Assembly (NCBI GenBank): GCA_964016885.1
Contig: OZ024747.1
Coordinates: 18,848,001 to 18,912,000, forward strand
Direction: 5' to 3'
Length of the DNA: 64,000 nucleotides
Source: Eledone cirrhosa
Taxonomy: Eukaryota
Part shown: piece by piece, positions 14,663 through 29,029 of the stretch
Numbering within the stretch: the first letter of the stretch is position 1
Layout of the letters: the number at the start of each line of letters is the position of its first letter
Translations under genes and position numbers: made by a program
Notes under the pieces: generated by a model
Seen by the model: the letters and a program-made list of their open reading frames with translations, nothing else
Databases searched by the model: none
What the model was told of the DNA's origin: nothing

Positions 14663-14833
14663 ACGTGTTAACTCGCGAATCTGGTTGTTATCTGCATAAA
14701 GTTCTTGTAGTGTGCGCTCAAGGTTGAACACTTCGTTAGGTAAGTCGGATAAGCTACTGTGTCTATAGTCCAGTACATAGATCTCCTCGGTGGGAGGTCG
14801 GAGGCAGGGGCACTTTTTAACAAATCCAGCCAT
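14663..14833 (-). CDS. First coding exon (57 aa) of a LAP-family leucine-rich-repeat scaffold protein, Erbin/Densin-180(LRRC7)/Lap1-like; exon spans 14841-14663 including 8 nt of leader
   Basis: Translation MAGFVKKCPCLRPPTEEIYVLDYRHSSLSDLPNEVFNLERTLQELYADNNQIRELTR matches the LAP N-terminus (CxCLR..EE...LDY.H.SL...P.E.F..E.TL.ELY.D.NQI.EL); LDY/ERTL/ELY favour Erbin/Densin/Lap1 over Scribble. Acceptor TTTTCAG|G at 14842/14841, Kozak-like GCCATGG, phase-0 donor CGT|GTAAGT at 14663/14662. Confidence 0.92.
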
Positions 14834-14951
14834 GGCGCTTCCTGAAAATCACAATAAAGATACAAATTAATTAATTACAAATTAATTAATTAATAATGTT
14901 TTCTGATTAAGGCACAAGATCAACAATTTGAGAAGAAAAAGGGAAAGTTGA

Positions 14952-16099
14952 TTAACTCTTTAATATTTAAACTGGCTGTATGTATCCAGCCAGAACTCTC
15001 TCACCTCTTTCTGTTCAAACCGGCCATAACTGGCTACTCATACTGATGTTAAGGTATTGTACACAACATAAATAATATAAAAATCTCATAGATTGGTTAT
15101 TATGTGAGATAATTATGTGAGGTAAAGCCTTTGCCACAAAAATACAATGGTGACTATAGAGTAATGTAAATGCTAAAAGGTTAAATTGACCACAGTACAT
15201 TACTGGTACTTTATTTTATCGACTCTGTAAGGATGAAAGGCACAGCTAACCACGGAGTTATTTGAATTCAGAATGTAAAGGGACGTAACTCTATGCCACA
15301 AAGCATGTTGTCTGATGCTCTACTGATACTGCCAATCCACTACCTTCACAAATTAATTAGTAATGATTTCTAATTCAGACACAAGGTCAGCAATTCGGGA
15401 AGAAAAGAGGAAGCCAATTTTATCGACCCTGGAAAGATGAAAGGCAAAATAAACATTGGCAGGATTTGAGCTCAGGATGTAAATGACCGAAACTAAAAAC
15501 CATAAGGCGTTTTGTCCGACATTCTAACAATTCTGCCAAATTATTTAACCCTTTAGCATTTACTGTTATATTTTCACAGTAAAAGATTTACCTCGCATAA
15601 TTATCTCACATAATATTGAATCTATGAGACTTTGATATTATTTATTTTGGGAACAATACTTTAATATCAGTATAACCAACTGGTTACAGCTGGTTTGAAC
15701 AGAAAGAGTGAGAGAATTCTGGCCAGATATGGCCAGTTTAAATGCTAAAGCATTAATGTTAGGAGTTGCAGATAGCTTGAAACATTGTGGAGAGTATAGC
15801 AAACAGTTTATTTTAGAAAACTACAGTAATACAAACAAAACATTAACTATTTAAAACACTAATAGCAAAGGTGTTGAAATGTTACCTTGGATATACTTAA
15901 TTGGCCCTTTATGTTTCACCTTTTTCTGTTCAAACTTGCCGTAACTGGCTACTCATACTGATGTTAAGGTATTGTTCACAAAATAAATAATATCAAAATC
16001 TCATAGATTCGATATTATGTAAGATAATTATGTGCGGTAAAGCCTTTACTATGAAAATACAATAGTAAATATAGAGTAATGTAAATGCTAAAGGGTTAA
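14952..16099. mobile_element. Three family D MITEs in alternating orientation (14952-15184, 15545-15756, 15901-16099)
   Basis: Shared interior CTCATAGATTCGATATTATGTGAG/AGCCTTTAC and TGCTAAAGGGTTAA-like termini; middle copy reversed. Confidence 0.82.
15193..15540 (-). mobile_element. Two older SINE B copies
   Basis: ACTGGTACTTTATTTTATCGAC..GGATGAAAGGC..TTTGA.CTCAG motifs. Confidence 0.75.
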
Positions 16100-16104
16100 T
16101 ATAG

Positions 16105-16260
16105 AATCTATGGAAGAGGAAAACCAAAGAAGATATGGGACAAAGTTGCCAAGAATAACCTCAAGAAAACTGAAACTCATGAAGAAAATGTCACGAAACC
16201 AAACTGACTGATGACATGCCATAATACAAAAGATCCATCCACCAATACAAGTACGGTAAC
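16105..16260 (+). mobile_element. Short decayed RTE LINE 3' coding fragment
   Basis: Translates RGKPKKIWDKVAKNNL, resembling the RGRPxKxW C-terminal motif of RTE ORFs. Confidence 0.5.
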
Positions 16261-18014
16261 ACTAAAAGTAAATGTATAGTTTAAACCATCATTTCTGCCA
16301 ATTTACTGTCTATAACCAAGATGGACAGTTAACTTATCCAGGAGGGATTTGTTTCTTTTCCACTCAATGCGGGGAAAATTTGAGTTAAATGAACTAGATA
16401 ATAGATTCTGGAGGTTTCAGAAATGGAGCGAATTTTGACAAAAGAAATTTTCCACCTTGTTACTGAACCTGCCTAATATAGTAGCTTTATCTCCCTTTCA
16501 AATATCATCTCTTTTCTCTCTCTCAAATCTATGTATATATGGACCCATAAGTCCTGATGTATTTGTAGGTGCACTATAATTATATATATATATATATCTT
16601 GGGTATTTTAAACTTGGCAGAGCTAATCCTCCTCTCCTAATCTGAACTCAGCCAATTTCTTGGAGAGATAGAAAAGTGAAAAGGAGATATCAAGAAAGAA
16701 TCAACCCCAGCTGGTTCTTTTTTTATTGAGCTCAAAAGAATGAAATGCAAAGTTGATCTTGGCAGCTTTTGAACTCAAAGCACAGAGAACTAGAACAAAT
16801 ACAACAAAGAATTCAAGCCAATGTTCAAACAACTCTGCCAATTCACCACCTTTGTCCTTCACATACAACACACAAACAAAAAAACTAAACCTCAGAAGGG
16901 AGCCTCCACATAGTCACTCAACCTACTAAAAATAGCAGCTAAATCTCAATGTAGTCACATCTTACCATTTTTTTTTTCTTTTTAATGGAAAGATATAGAA
17001 GATATCATAGTCTGAAGAGAGACTCTACATGGTCACTTTACCAACTTAAAATAGCAGTTAAATCTAACTCAAGTTACATCTTACTATCTTTAAAATAACA
17101 GAAAGATATGGTGGATATTTTAGTCTGAAATTATGTTTAAAAAGAAGGAATGGTGATGGCATAAATGTCTTTGATCATAATTCTGCTCAATCAAGTCTTA
17201 CCTGGGGCTAAATAACAGTCTCTTTGTCACAAACTAAAACAAATTACAATACATTCAAATGAGTAACATACTTGTGTGTGCACATTCACACGCACACGCA
17301 CCACTCATTGATTGCTTACACAATGAAAGCTGAAGTACTTATGATCAAAGAGCATCTAGAGCTGCAATTAGAATAAATATGCACCTCATCTATCAGTCCA
17401 CCACCACCACCACCACCACCACTATTATTACAACCACCATAAGTCCTCTGTCACTACCACAACCACTACCACCATTACCATCATTCCTCCAACACCATCA
17501 CCACTACCATCAATCCACTGCTACTGCCATCATTCCACCACCATCACCATCAATCCACTACTACTACCATCAGTTCCCGACCACCGTGGTGGTGGTACTA
17601 TCAGTTCCCCACCACCATCATTACCATAGGTCCACCACCACCACCCCCACCACCACCACCATTACAACCACCTGTCCTCTGTCACTACCACAACCACTAC
17701 CATCACCCCTCAACACCATCACCCCTACTATTACTACTACCACCTTGATTCCCCACCACCACAACCATCATTCCTCCCACCACCTTTATAATCTCACCCT
17801 CTCTACCACCACCACCACCACTACCTCTACCACTACTGAATATATCCAGCTACCAACAAATTAGATGCCATTGTTTTTATCATGTTTGTTTGCTTGACTG
17901 ATTTCTAGAGTGTTCACACTGGTGCCTCATACATTACAAAAACTAATGAAGCTAGGAAGACCAACATTTTTTTACCATCAGTTATAAAATTGACTTGTTT
18001 GTTTTTCTTTTATG

Positions 18015-18061
<47 letters not shown>

Positions 18062-18499
18062 CAATGAAAAATATCATGTGAAAGCTGGATTCCAATAACT
18101 ATTGTTGCACAATACATATTTCTGTGGTTAACTGATTACATCATCAGATAATGATGCAATTCAGTTGGCAATGTTATCAGAGACTACCTTGATGTCTGGT
18201 AGTAGCAGCCTGAGGGATGGATGGGTACACAGGTTCTCACCTGACTCTCACTTTTGGATCAAGTGTAATTTTTAGTCTCACACCAATAACTGCTTCTGCT
18301 GGCAGGTTAAACTTAGTGTGGGAGTGGAAGCTTGGAGAAGAAATGGGTACTGCCAAGCATTTCTAAGGCCCACTGAAATGCCATGATGGACACACAGTCA
18401 AACAACTAGAGAGGCCCACCAACAACTGGCTGCACCAGTTACAAGAACTTTATTGATTGATTGAGTGTAAAATACATTCACACACTGCTTTCACATAAT

Positions 18500-18935
18500 A
18501 GGGAAATATGTTAACACACATATAGATACATAGCAACACAATTTCTTTCAGATATTAGTGGCTATAATAGTTAGTACCGTAACGCAATTTCTTTTAAATA
18601 TCAGTGGCTATAATAGTTGTGTAAAATACATTATTTTATTGACCTCAACATAGGTACATAGCAACACAATTTCTTTCAAATGTTGGTAGCTAGTATAGTG
18701 TAAACTCTGCTCAAATATTCAACAGATATTAGAGAAATACTTTCATACACATAGGTACCTAACAACAGAATTTCTTTCAGATATTAGTAGCTATTATAGT
18801 TAGTAGGGAAAAAATGTATTGAAATATTCGACAGATATATTAGAGAAATACTTTCACACACATAGATACCCAACAACATGATTTCTTTCAAATATTGGTA
18901 GCTATTGTAGTTAATAGTGAAAAATCTATTCAAAT
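18500..18935. repeat. Degenerate tandem repeat (about 120-130 bp units)
   Basis: Recurrent CATAG.TAC..A.CAACA..ATTTCTTTCA.AT.TT.GT.GCTA. Confidence 0.75.
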
Positions 18936-20048
18936 ACTAATCAGCTAGCAGGACTTTCCAGAATTCTCACAATGGCAATACACTTATTAAATGTAAAATT
19001 TTTCATGATTCATTAACTCTTAACATCTGGCAAATATTTAGCAGAAAATATCTAAAAACAGGTTTGTTAATTCAAATGTTTATAACATATTTACAAGTAG
19101 ACAAATCTCAGGCTAATATTTTTATGTAAAAACTAACTTTTGATGTGATACAGTCATAGTGTTGATTTTTACACTTCAAGAGTGTTACATATGATCTGGG
19201 TTTATTAGAGGCTTTAGGGGAAGCCTACATTTTACATCTGGCCAGCTTTTCATGAGACTGCTTGCAATACATAGATAAACACACTGACACATGAACAACA
19301 CTAGGAATCCACAATGTCTGTACTTAACTTATTAGAAAGTACAGAATAAATCTGTCAAATCCGATCTTATCTCCTTACAAAAAGGCCACCTTTGATACCC
19401 TAGTCCTAAATACACTAAATCTGAAATAGATGGTATAGTCATGATTGGAATTCCTTTGTTATTAATTGTAATAGTCATGGTGGGTGGTAATAATTATGAC
19501 AGTAGTAGGGGAGATGGTATGATGTTTCATGGTTCCAGATGAGCAGGCATTTTGAGGTGTACCAAAAAATATCCTAGCAGGGGTTCTGTAGACTATGTAA
19601 ACAAAATTAGGATTAACTCATTCTTAAGTATATTTATAAAGAACTGGCAAGATTAGTGTCAGAGAAATATAAACATATGATGTGGTGGTGGTGGTGGAGT
19701 GTGGTGGTGTGCATGGGGGTGAGGGGTGATATTACTATATATTAACAAATGGCTATAGAAGGCAGATCAACCACTAGACAAGACTTTAAAAAGACAAACA
19801 CATAGATAATAGTATACATAGGTTGACAGATAAATTGATAGCTAACTAGACAAGCTGACATATAGACAGACAGACAGACATGTAATCTAAAGTGGTTGAC
19901 TTCCTTTCTTTAATTTATGTTGTGTTATATCACATTTGGTAGAGTAAGCAACACATGTAAGTGAGGTGTAGGCCCTGTGTCCATCTGAGAAGTCAGTTGC
20001 TCTGCTTGTGAAGACCTGTCCAACCATTGCTAGCAGGAAATATGAATG

Positions 20049-20448
20049 TTATCCCTTTAGCATCTACATTAGGAAGGGCATCCTTGACATTAGGAAGGGC
20101 ATACCGCTGTAGAAACCAAGCCAAAATCAGTTCTGTATGAGCAAGACTTGATCACCTGACCTAGCATTGCCCACAACAATTCATCTACCCCATGCTAACA
20201 TGGAAAAATGAACGTAAAACAGTGGTGATGATGATGATGATTACTCTATATTTGCTATTGTATTTTCACGGCAAAGACTTTACCTTACATAATTAGCTAC
20301 ATAATATCGAAAATCCGAGATGTTGATGTTATTTATTTTGAGAACAATACCTTAACATTGGTATGAGTGGCTGATTACAGCTGGTTTGAACAGAGAGAGA
20401 TGAGAAAATTATTGCCAGATACAGCCAGTTTAAATACTAAAGGGTTAA
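20049..20448. mobile_element. Family D MITE interrupted by an RTE-type tail (about 20070-20241)
   Basis: CCCTTTAGCATCTACATTA ... TTACTCTATA continues after the insert; ends AAAGGGTTAA. Confidence 0.78.
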
Positions 20449-20990
20449 ATTATGATGATGTTGGTGTATTACACATTGGTCTGACCATAGAATATTCCAG
20501 TAGCATCTCAGTTTTTTTTTGTGTTATAAAAGCATTAAGATGCTATGAGTGTGACATAGTTGATTGAGACAGAGAGACAATCAGAGATTTTATTTAAATG
20601 TGAAAGAGAGAGAGTGGCTTAGTGGTTAGGGTGTTTGGCTCATGATCATATGGTTGTGAGTTCAATTTCCAATGACATGTATCCTTCGTGTTGCTTCAGT
20701 CCACTGAATCTCCCTCAGAGCTACATTAAGGGTACACGTGTCGGTGGAATGCTCAGCCACATGCATGTTAATTTTATGAGCAGGTTGCTTTTCTTTTACT
20801 GTGTCAACAGGAACACTCATTATTGGATCCAATGGAGAGCTAAATCGTACACATCCACACACACGTGTACGTATGTATATCCAACCTTTACTAGCAGGGA
20901 AAGTGGATGCTAACCAATGATGATGATGATGACAATGGTATAGTGGACCTTTAGTAATGAATATAATTCATTCCAGAAGCTCATTTGTTA

Positions 20991-21333
20991 TACAAGGGTC
21001 AGCTGAAAAGTTCATAGGCTAACTATGAAGGACTGATGCTAGAGCTGCGAAATCTTGCATGCATTAATGTCAATTCTTCTTAGTAATAACTGCATTGTGT
21101 CTTTCCAGGGACTATGTAGAAAAATAAACCTCATTTAATTGTTCCATGAGAGTATCTTGGTCAGCCTATGAAGGAGTGATGATAGTGCTGCGAAATCTTG
21201 CATGTATTAACGTCAATTCTTCTTCTTAATAACTGCATTGTCTTTCCAGGGACTATGCTGAAAAATAAATCTCATTTAATCATTCCATGAGAGTATCTTG
21301 GTCAGCCTATGAACTTTTCAGTCGAGCTTTGTA
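20991..21333. mobile_element. mariner-type MITE with internal duplication of about 144 bp
   Basis: TA|CAA...CTGAAAAGTTCATAGGCT / AGCCTATGAACTTTTCAG...TTG|TA. Confidence 0.78.
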
Positions 21334-22817
21334 TATCAATTAAAATATATATTCATGACTATGACCTTAATTTGCTTTAAGTTCAATGCAAACCAATCCA
21401 GACCAAACCAATGCAGTCTACATACTCAAGCAAATGCACTCCATAAACTTACACTCAACCACATTCACCAGGCACAATACATAAAATAAAAACCAATCAC
21501 ACCCTTCAAAAGCATACTCTAACCCTCCCAGCATAACAACCAACCAGCTCCAATTACTTGTGTGGTGGTAATGAACATCATCAGGCTGCAGTTGTCATAT
21601 ATGATTTCTATATTACTCTGCAATGACCACTAGTCCATTAAATAATTAGTATTGCAGTCATGCAGCTATATGGACAATACACTCAATCAATAACAAAAGC
21701 ATATATGCAAATCAACAAAAGCATACATGCAAATAATCCCTTTAAAGATTAAAAAAAAGAAATTATCAGTAAAAATGGATGCATTTTTAAATGCCATTTT
21801 ACAGAGATACATTTTCAAAGGTTTCGAGTATGATTGTATTGATGAAATTTCAAAGAAAATAATTTTAAAATTTCTTTCTTTTCTTTTGCAATTCATAGTT
21901 GTAGAAATGACATTACAATACATGTCTATAGGCAGTTGATTGAATCAACAGTAGAACTCGTCGTCAGAACTGACAGAGGTCCAACAACAATTATTCATTA
22001 TCAATATATAATTGTTTATTATCAACATGAAATTGGAAAGCATGATGAAAATTTTCCAAATTTACATTTAGTTGCTCCACATTCTAGAAATACCAGCCAA
22101 ACTTTTTACAATCTTAAAAAACAAAACAGGAAGGTCACATTGGCTAATTTAGTCTTAGTTACACTATATCTGAAAATAAAAACTATGAAAAAAATGATTG
22201 GATAGTCATTCATGGATGACCATGTCCCTTGATCCACATGTCTGACAATTTCATTTTTACTGCTTAGACAGGGAGGGAAGGACAGTGTTCCAGGCCCTTT
22301 TCTGATATCCCTATGACTGATGGAGGAAGGAAATTATTCTCAAACCAGAAACCTGGTCCAAATGCAGCAACAGAGTGAACTCTGCTTATGCTAAACAGCA
22401 GCAACAACAATAACAACTCCCAACACACAACCACATCCAATATAGCTCTTAAAAAAAAAAGTTAAAAAACAAGTCTGAACGAAAAAGAAATGAATGAAGT
22501 AACAAGATAGGAATGTTTCTAAAGACTCTCACGCACCATTTAACATTATTCTATGATTTTATTACTGGGAGAAATTATAACAGAATCATAGAGAGAGAAG
22601 ATAGACACATTAAATAGAAGAGTGAAAGGTAGAGACTAGCAAAAGAATGAAAGAGAGAGAGAAGAGGGAGAGCTCTAATAAATAAGAGAAATGAGTGACA
22701 CAGAAATATGTACAGGTTATAGGCTGAGTGGGAGAATGGGATAGATAGAGAGGGAGAGAGGAGAGTGAGAGATAGGAGAAAGAGAGAGAGAGAAAGAGAT
22801 AGGAGAAAGAAATAGAG

Positions 22818-22911
<94 letters not shown>

Positions 22912-23420
22912 GAGATAGAGAGAAAGGGTGACAGAGAAAAATATTCAGGTTACAGGGAGGGAACAACAAAGAGTGTGGAAATGAAGAGAGGAAATTGAAT
23001 TTGTGAGAGAGAGAGGGGGTGGGGGCAGGGGCAATCAAAATGATGGTAGTTGGTGGAAAACAAAGGGAAAGCGGTGGAAGAAAACAAAGAGAATGAAAGC
23101 GAGATTATCCACTTTTTTCTATCTCCAGGGATACTTTACCTGATATTTTCAACTATTATTTATAATGATCAACTATCATTTACATTAGGAGGACCACATT
23201 TCAAAAATGTTTCTTAAGTCAAATGATTATGTGAATATTCATTTGACTTAAGAAACATTGGGAAAATTTGAAATGTGGTCATCCTAATGTAAATGATTAT
23301 AATTGTTTCTACTTTTGGCACAAGACCAGCAATTACCCAGTACATTACTGGTACTTTATTTTATCGACCCCGTAAGGATGAAAGGCAATAATAATAGTTG
23401 ATCACTATAAATAATAGTTG

Positions 23421-23941
<521 letters not shown>

Positions 23942-26130
23942 AATATATATATATATATATTTATATATTTATATATATACATACACACTAATAATAAAAA
24001 GGGCGATATGTAAGATCTTCATTATGTTCATTGAAGTGTAACATGCGTTTCGCGATTGATCAGCTCGGGGTTTGATCTGTATCGATCTGTATCGATCTGG
24101 AATCAAAAGCTTGTCGGACTTCTGTTATCTAAATTATATATATATATATATAGTCCTATACGAGCGAGACACGGTCACCCGACCAATCTTGCCTCAAGTG
24201 GGACAACTCCCGTCTAACCCATGCTAGCGTGGAAGATAGACGTTAAACGATGATGATGATATATATATATATGTCCATGGGAACTTCTCTATGTAGGTGA
24301 TTTGATGCTTATAGTTCTGACTATGGAAATGGAATTTGGAATCAAAAGGTCTGAGAGTAAACTTAGCCAAAACTAAAGGGCTAGTGAGTAGAAAAGAAGA
24401 TAGGACCCTGATTCCCTCAGGGGAAGTGGCTCTGCTCTATATATAGAAAAGGAGTAGGCATAAACTCCATATGGTGTACACAATGTAAATCTTAGGTACA
24501 CAAGAGATGTAGTGGGATAACGAGTAGACAAACACATACTAACACACACATTCACACATACCAACACACACATACATGCCTACACACACACATGCCTCTC
24601 ACAAACACACACATGCAAACCGAACACATACAATGACACACACACATACCAACATGCACATACTACACACACCAATACACACATTCACACTCATATACCC
24701 ACACATTATACATACATATGTTAAGACCACCCCATATAGTTATTGGTTTGCCCTTTGACAGCCAACACATCAAATCACCAAAAGACATTTCACAGTTTGA
24801 CAGGAATATTAACCTAGACATATGAAGAATAAACTAAGAATGCCATTTTTAACATGCTTACTTCTTTTACCTTTAAACTAAACCCCAACAAGTATTTTTA
24901 GACCATTTTCGCTACTAAAGAAGGTGTTAGCTTTGCTGGGACCAATGACAAGCTTCTCACCCCCACCAAACCCTAACTTTCAAGTAAGGACCAATGATAA
25001 GCTTCTCCTTTCTCACCAAACCCTGTCTTTCAAGTAGAACGAGATAGTGTGGGGACAGTATTGTATTAGTCAAAATCACAGATAAATAATTTTAATTATA
25101 TTACTAAATCCTATCAAATTCTTGATTAATTTCAAAATCTGTGGGGAAATGGAGTGCTTTATGCCTCAGACAAATGGGATGTTTTGCTAAATATTTACAA
25201 TGATAGCGCTGGTGCCACAATAAAAAGCATCCAGTCCACCCTGTAATGTGGTAGTGCTGGTACCATGATAAAAAGTACCCAGCCCACCCTCTAATGGAGT
25301 AGTGCTGGTGCCATGAAAAAAAAAAAATTACCTGATCCACCCTCTAAAGGGGTAGTGCTGGGGCACAATAAAAAACATCTATTCCACCCTGTAGTGAGAT
25401 AGTGCTGGTGCCACGAGAAAAAATATCCAGTCCACCTCACCCTCAAGTTCACTCTAAGGTAGTTGTGCTGCAGCCATGATACTCAGTCCACCCTCTAAGC
25501 TGGTAGTGTGGGTACCACAACAGAAAAACACCCAGACTACCCAGTAAGATGGTAGTGCTGGTGACACAATTAAATGCTCCCAACTCGCAGTGTAAAGTGA
25601 TTGGCATTAGGAAGGGCATTGAGCCAAAGAAACCAAGCCAAAACAATATATAAGCAAAATGTGGTCACATGACTGGTCTAGCCTCAGAATGTGACAACCC
25701 ATCAAACCCATGTAAGCATGGAAAATAGATGGTAAATGCTGATGATAATATATATTATAATTATATATGAATAGGTTTAGGGAGATCTCCCATTTGTTTA
25801 GCTAAAATGTTACTGGCAACAGAAACTCTAAAAATACCTCCAGAAGGGACATAATATCAAGCAGCTGCCTTTTTTGTGTGAGAGAAGTTATGGAACAGGG
25901 TGGCTGGGTGTCTGATCTGAAAGCAGCATTTTCAACCCTGCCCCATCTAACCGGCTGGGACCTGTGGGGTGCAGGGTAGGGGAAAATTCTGATACCCCAC
26001 CTCCATCGTCTACAGCTCTTCATATACTGTTGATTTCTCTTTTTTCTCTCTCTCACACACACTCACATGTGCATGCACACACACACACACACATATATAC
26101 ACACACACCTATATATATATACACACCTAT

Positions 26131-26164
<34 letters not shown>

Positions 26165-26399
26165 ACACACACACACACACCTATATATACATACACACAC
26201 ATATATATAAATATATACACACACACATATATATATAAATATATATATATACACACACACACACACACCTATATATATATATATATACATACACACACAC
26301 ACACCTATATATATATATATATACATACACACACACACACCTATATATATACATACATACACACACATATACAGTATATACACACACATATACAGTATA

Positions 26400-26441
<42 letters not shown>

Positions 26442-26509
26442 CACCTATATATATATATATATATACATACATACACACACATATACAGTATATACACACA
26501 CATATACAG

Positions 26510-26541
<32 letters not shown>

Positions 26542-26962
26542 TATACATACATACACCTGTCTAGTGTGGCAGAAGAAAGGACTGGTGTAGAGTTGCAGAG
26601 AAGAGCAGTAACTTAAGGAAACCAACGCTTAGATAAACAGCTATTCTGTTAGTTTAACACACACACACGCACACCCACACACCCACACACACACACACAC
26701 ACACACCCACACCCACACACACACACACACACCACACCACATATACATACAGATGTGAGTGTATGTTGAGGGGGTTATATACACAGTATGGCCCGAGGTG
26801 GCATTGCTGTGCATTTTTTTTTAATCTACAAAAACCTGAGAAACCTATATAACATCCACATGTGAATATGTACGCATGTTGTGTGTGTGAGTATGTGTAC
26901 ACGTGTATGTGTAACACACGTCAGCATGCGGGGGCTTGGGGTGCAGATCTAAAATGAGTATG

Positions 26963-27022
<60 letters not shown>

Positions 27023-27027
<5 letters not shown>

Positions 27028-27138
27028 GATGTCCCAAAAAATGTATACACACTTTGATTACCTGTACAGGCAATATTTATTAGAATACTGATTAGAAAGC
27101 TGTTGAAGTGTGTACACATTTTTGGGGGACACCTTGTA
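27023..27138. mobile_element. Short Tc1/mariner-type MITE
   Basis: TGTCCCAAAAAATGTATACACACTT / AAGTGTGTACACATTTTTGGGGGACA inverted termini, ends TA. Confidence 0.72.
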
Positions 27139-27166
27139 TGTGCGTGTGTATATATATATATAGGTA

Positions 27167-27516
27167 TGGAGGCACATGGCTTAGTGGTTAGAGCATTGGC
27201 CTTGCAATCGAAAGGTTGTGAGTTCAATTCTCAGACCGGGTGATGTGTTGTTTCTTTGAGCAAGAGATTTTATTTCACATTGCTCCAGTTTACTCAGCTG
27301 TAGAAATGAGATGATAGGGACTGGGGTCCCTATCATTCCACTGCAAAGTGGTCGTGGAGGTGCCATGGCAAAAAAGTACCCAGCACTCACTGTAAATGAG
27401 GTTGGTGTTAGGAAGGGCATCCAGCTGTAGAAATCAAGCCAGAATCAGTTCCTGTCCCACCCTTGCAAGCAGGGAAAAGCGGACGTAAAATGATGATGAT
27501 AATGATGATGATGATG
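27167..27516 (+). mobile_element. SINE family A, full length
   Basis: Near-identical to other A copies; (TGA)n tail. Confidence 0.9.
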
Positions 27517-27819
27517 TAGGTAGATAAAAATCACACAAATAGAACAAGGGAAGAGTCTTAAACAGTTTGAGAGTTTAAAACAAGGTAAGCAAAAAGTCAG
27601 ACATGACATGTAGAAGACAAGAAAAATATAGAGAAAAACGTAAACAATGTAATGCAATGAAAATATTTAAGTTGAATGGAAAAAAAAGAAAAGGGTCTAA
27701 CGTTTTGGGTTAAACCCTTTATCAAAATAGATTTAGAGAAGATAGGGATCAGCTGAAATAAGAAACAGGTCTGAAAGATACCAAGTTTCAAAACAGATGT
27801 GTTTCAAATGGCTACATGT

Positions 27820-27915
27820 ATATACTCGTGTGTGTGTGTGTGTGTGTGTATGTATATATATATACTCGTGTGTGTGTGTGTGTGCTGTGTGTGTATATGT
27901 ATATATATATATATA

Positions 27916-27946
<31 letters not shown>

Positions 27947-27998
27947 TGTGTGTGTATATGTATATATATATATATATATATACTCGTGTGTGTGTGTG

Positions 27999-28030
<32 letters not shown>

Positions 28031-28628
28031 CTCGTGTGTGTGTGTGTGTGTGTATATATGTATATATATATATATATATACTCGTGTGTGTGTGTGTATA
28101 TGTATATATATATATACTCATGTGTGTGTGTATATGTATATATATATATATATATATACTCGTGTGTGTGTGTGGGTATATATATATATATATATACTCG
28201 TGTGTGCGTGTGTATATGTATATATATATATGGAGGCAGATGGCTTAGTGGTTAAAGCATTGGCCTTGCAATCGAAAGGTTGTGAGTTCAATTCTCAGAC
28301 TGGGTGATGTGTTGTTTCCTTGAGCAAGACACTTTATTTCACATTGTTCCAGTTTACTCAGCAGTAGAAATGAGATTCCACTGTGAAGTGGACGTGTAGG
28401 CGCCACGGAAAAAAAAAAAGCACCCAGCACTCACTGTAAATGAGGTTGGTGTTAGGAAGGGCATCCAGCTGTAGAAATCAAGCCAGAATCAGTTCCCGTC
28501 CCACCCTTGCAAGCAGGGAAAAGCGGACGTAAAAGTGAAATGAAAAATGAAAATGAAATACTCGTGTGTGTGTGTGTGTATGTATATATATATATATATA
28601 TATATACTCGTGTGTGTGTGTGTGTGTC

Positions 28629-28666
<38 letters not shown>

Positions 28667-28712
28667 CTCGTGTGTGTGCGTGTGTGTGTATGTATATATA
28701 TATACTTGTGTG

Positions 28713-28777
<65 letters not shown>

Positions 28778-28802
28778 TCGTGTGTGTGTGTATGTGTGTG
28801 TG

Positions 28803-28841
<39 letters not shown>

Positions 28842-28860
28842 TCAGTGTGAGTGTGTGTGT
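27820..28860. repeat. Compound TACTC-(GT)n-(AT)n higher-order microsatellite split by a SINE A
   Basis: Repeating TACTCGTGTG anchors on both sides of 28231-28558. Confidence 0.9.
28231..28558 (+). mobile_element. SINE family A lacking the internal hairpin, inside a compound microsatellite array
   Basis: Aligns to A except GAGAT|TCC where other copies have the GATAGGGAC..GTCCCTATC hairpin. Confidence 0.88.
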
Positions 28861-29029
28861 GATCATCATCATCATCACCATTTAACATCTATTTTCCATG
28901 CTTGCATGGAAAATAGATGTGTTGTCATATTAAGAGACAAGTCAGGTCAGGTGACTGACTCTGTCCTGCTGATACAGAACTATTTCTGGCTTGGTTTCTA
29001 CATTACAGCATAGATTGGATGCTTTTTAT

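Noticed and set aside
18140-18195. Minus-strand LITLPTE/IASLSD resembling an LRR
   Set aside because: Pieces are in different frames with a stop, and lie upstream of the start-codon exon; judged coincidental.
27167-27245. tRNA genes at SINE heads
   Set aside because: Box A/B present but no complete cloverleaf or acceptor stem; they continue into SINE bodies.
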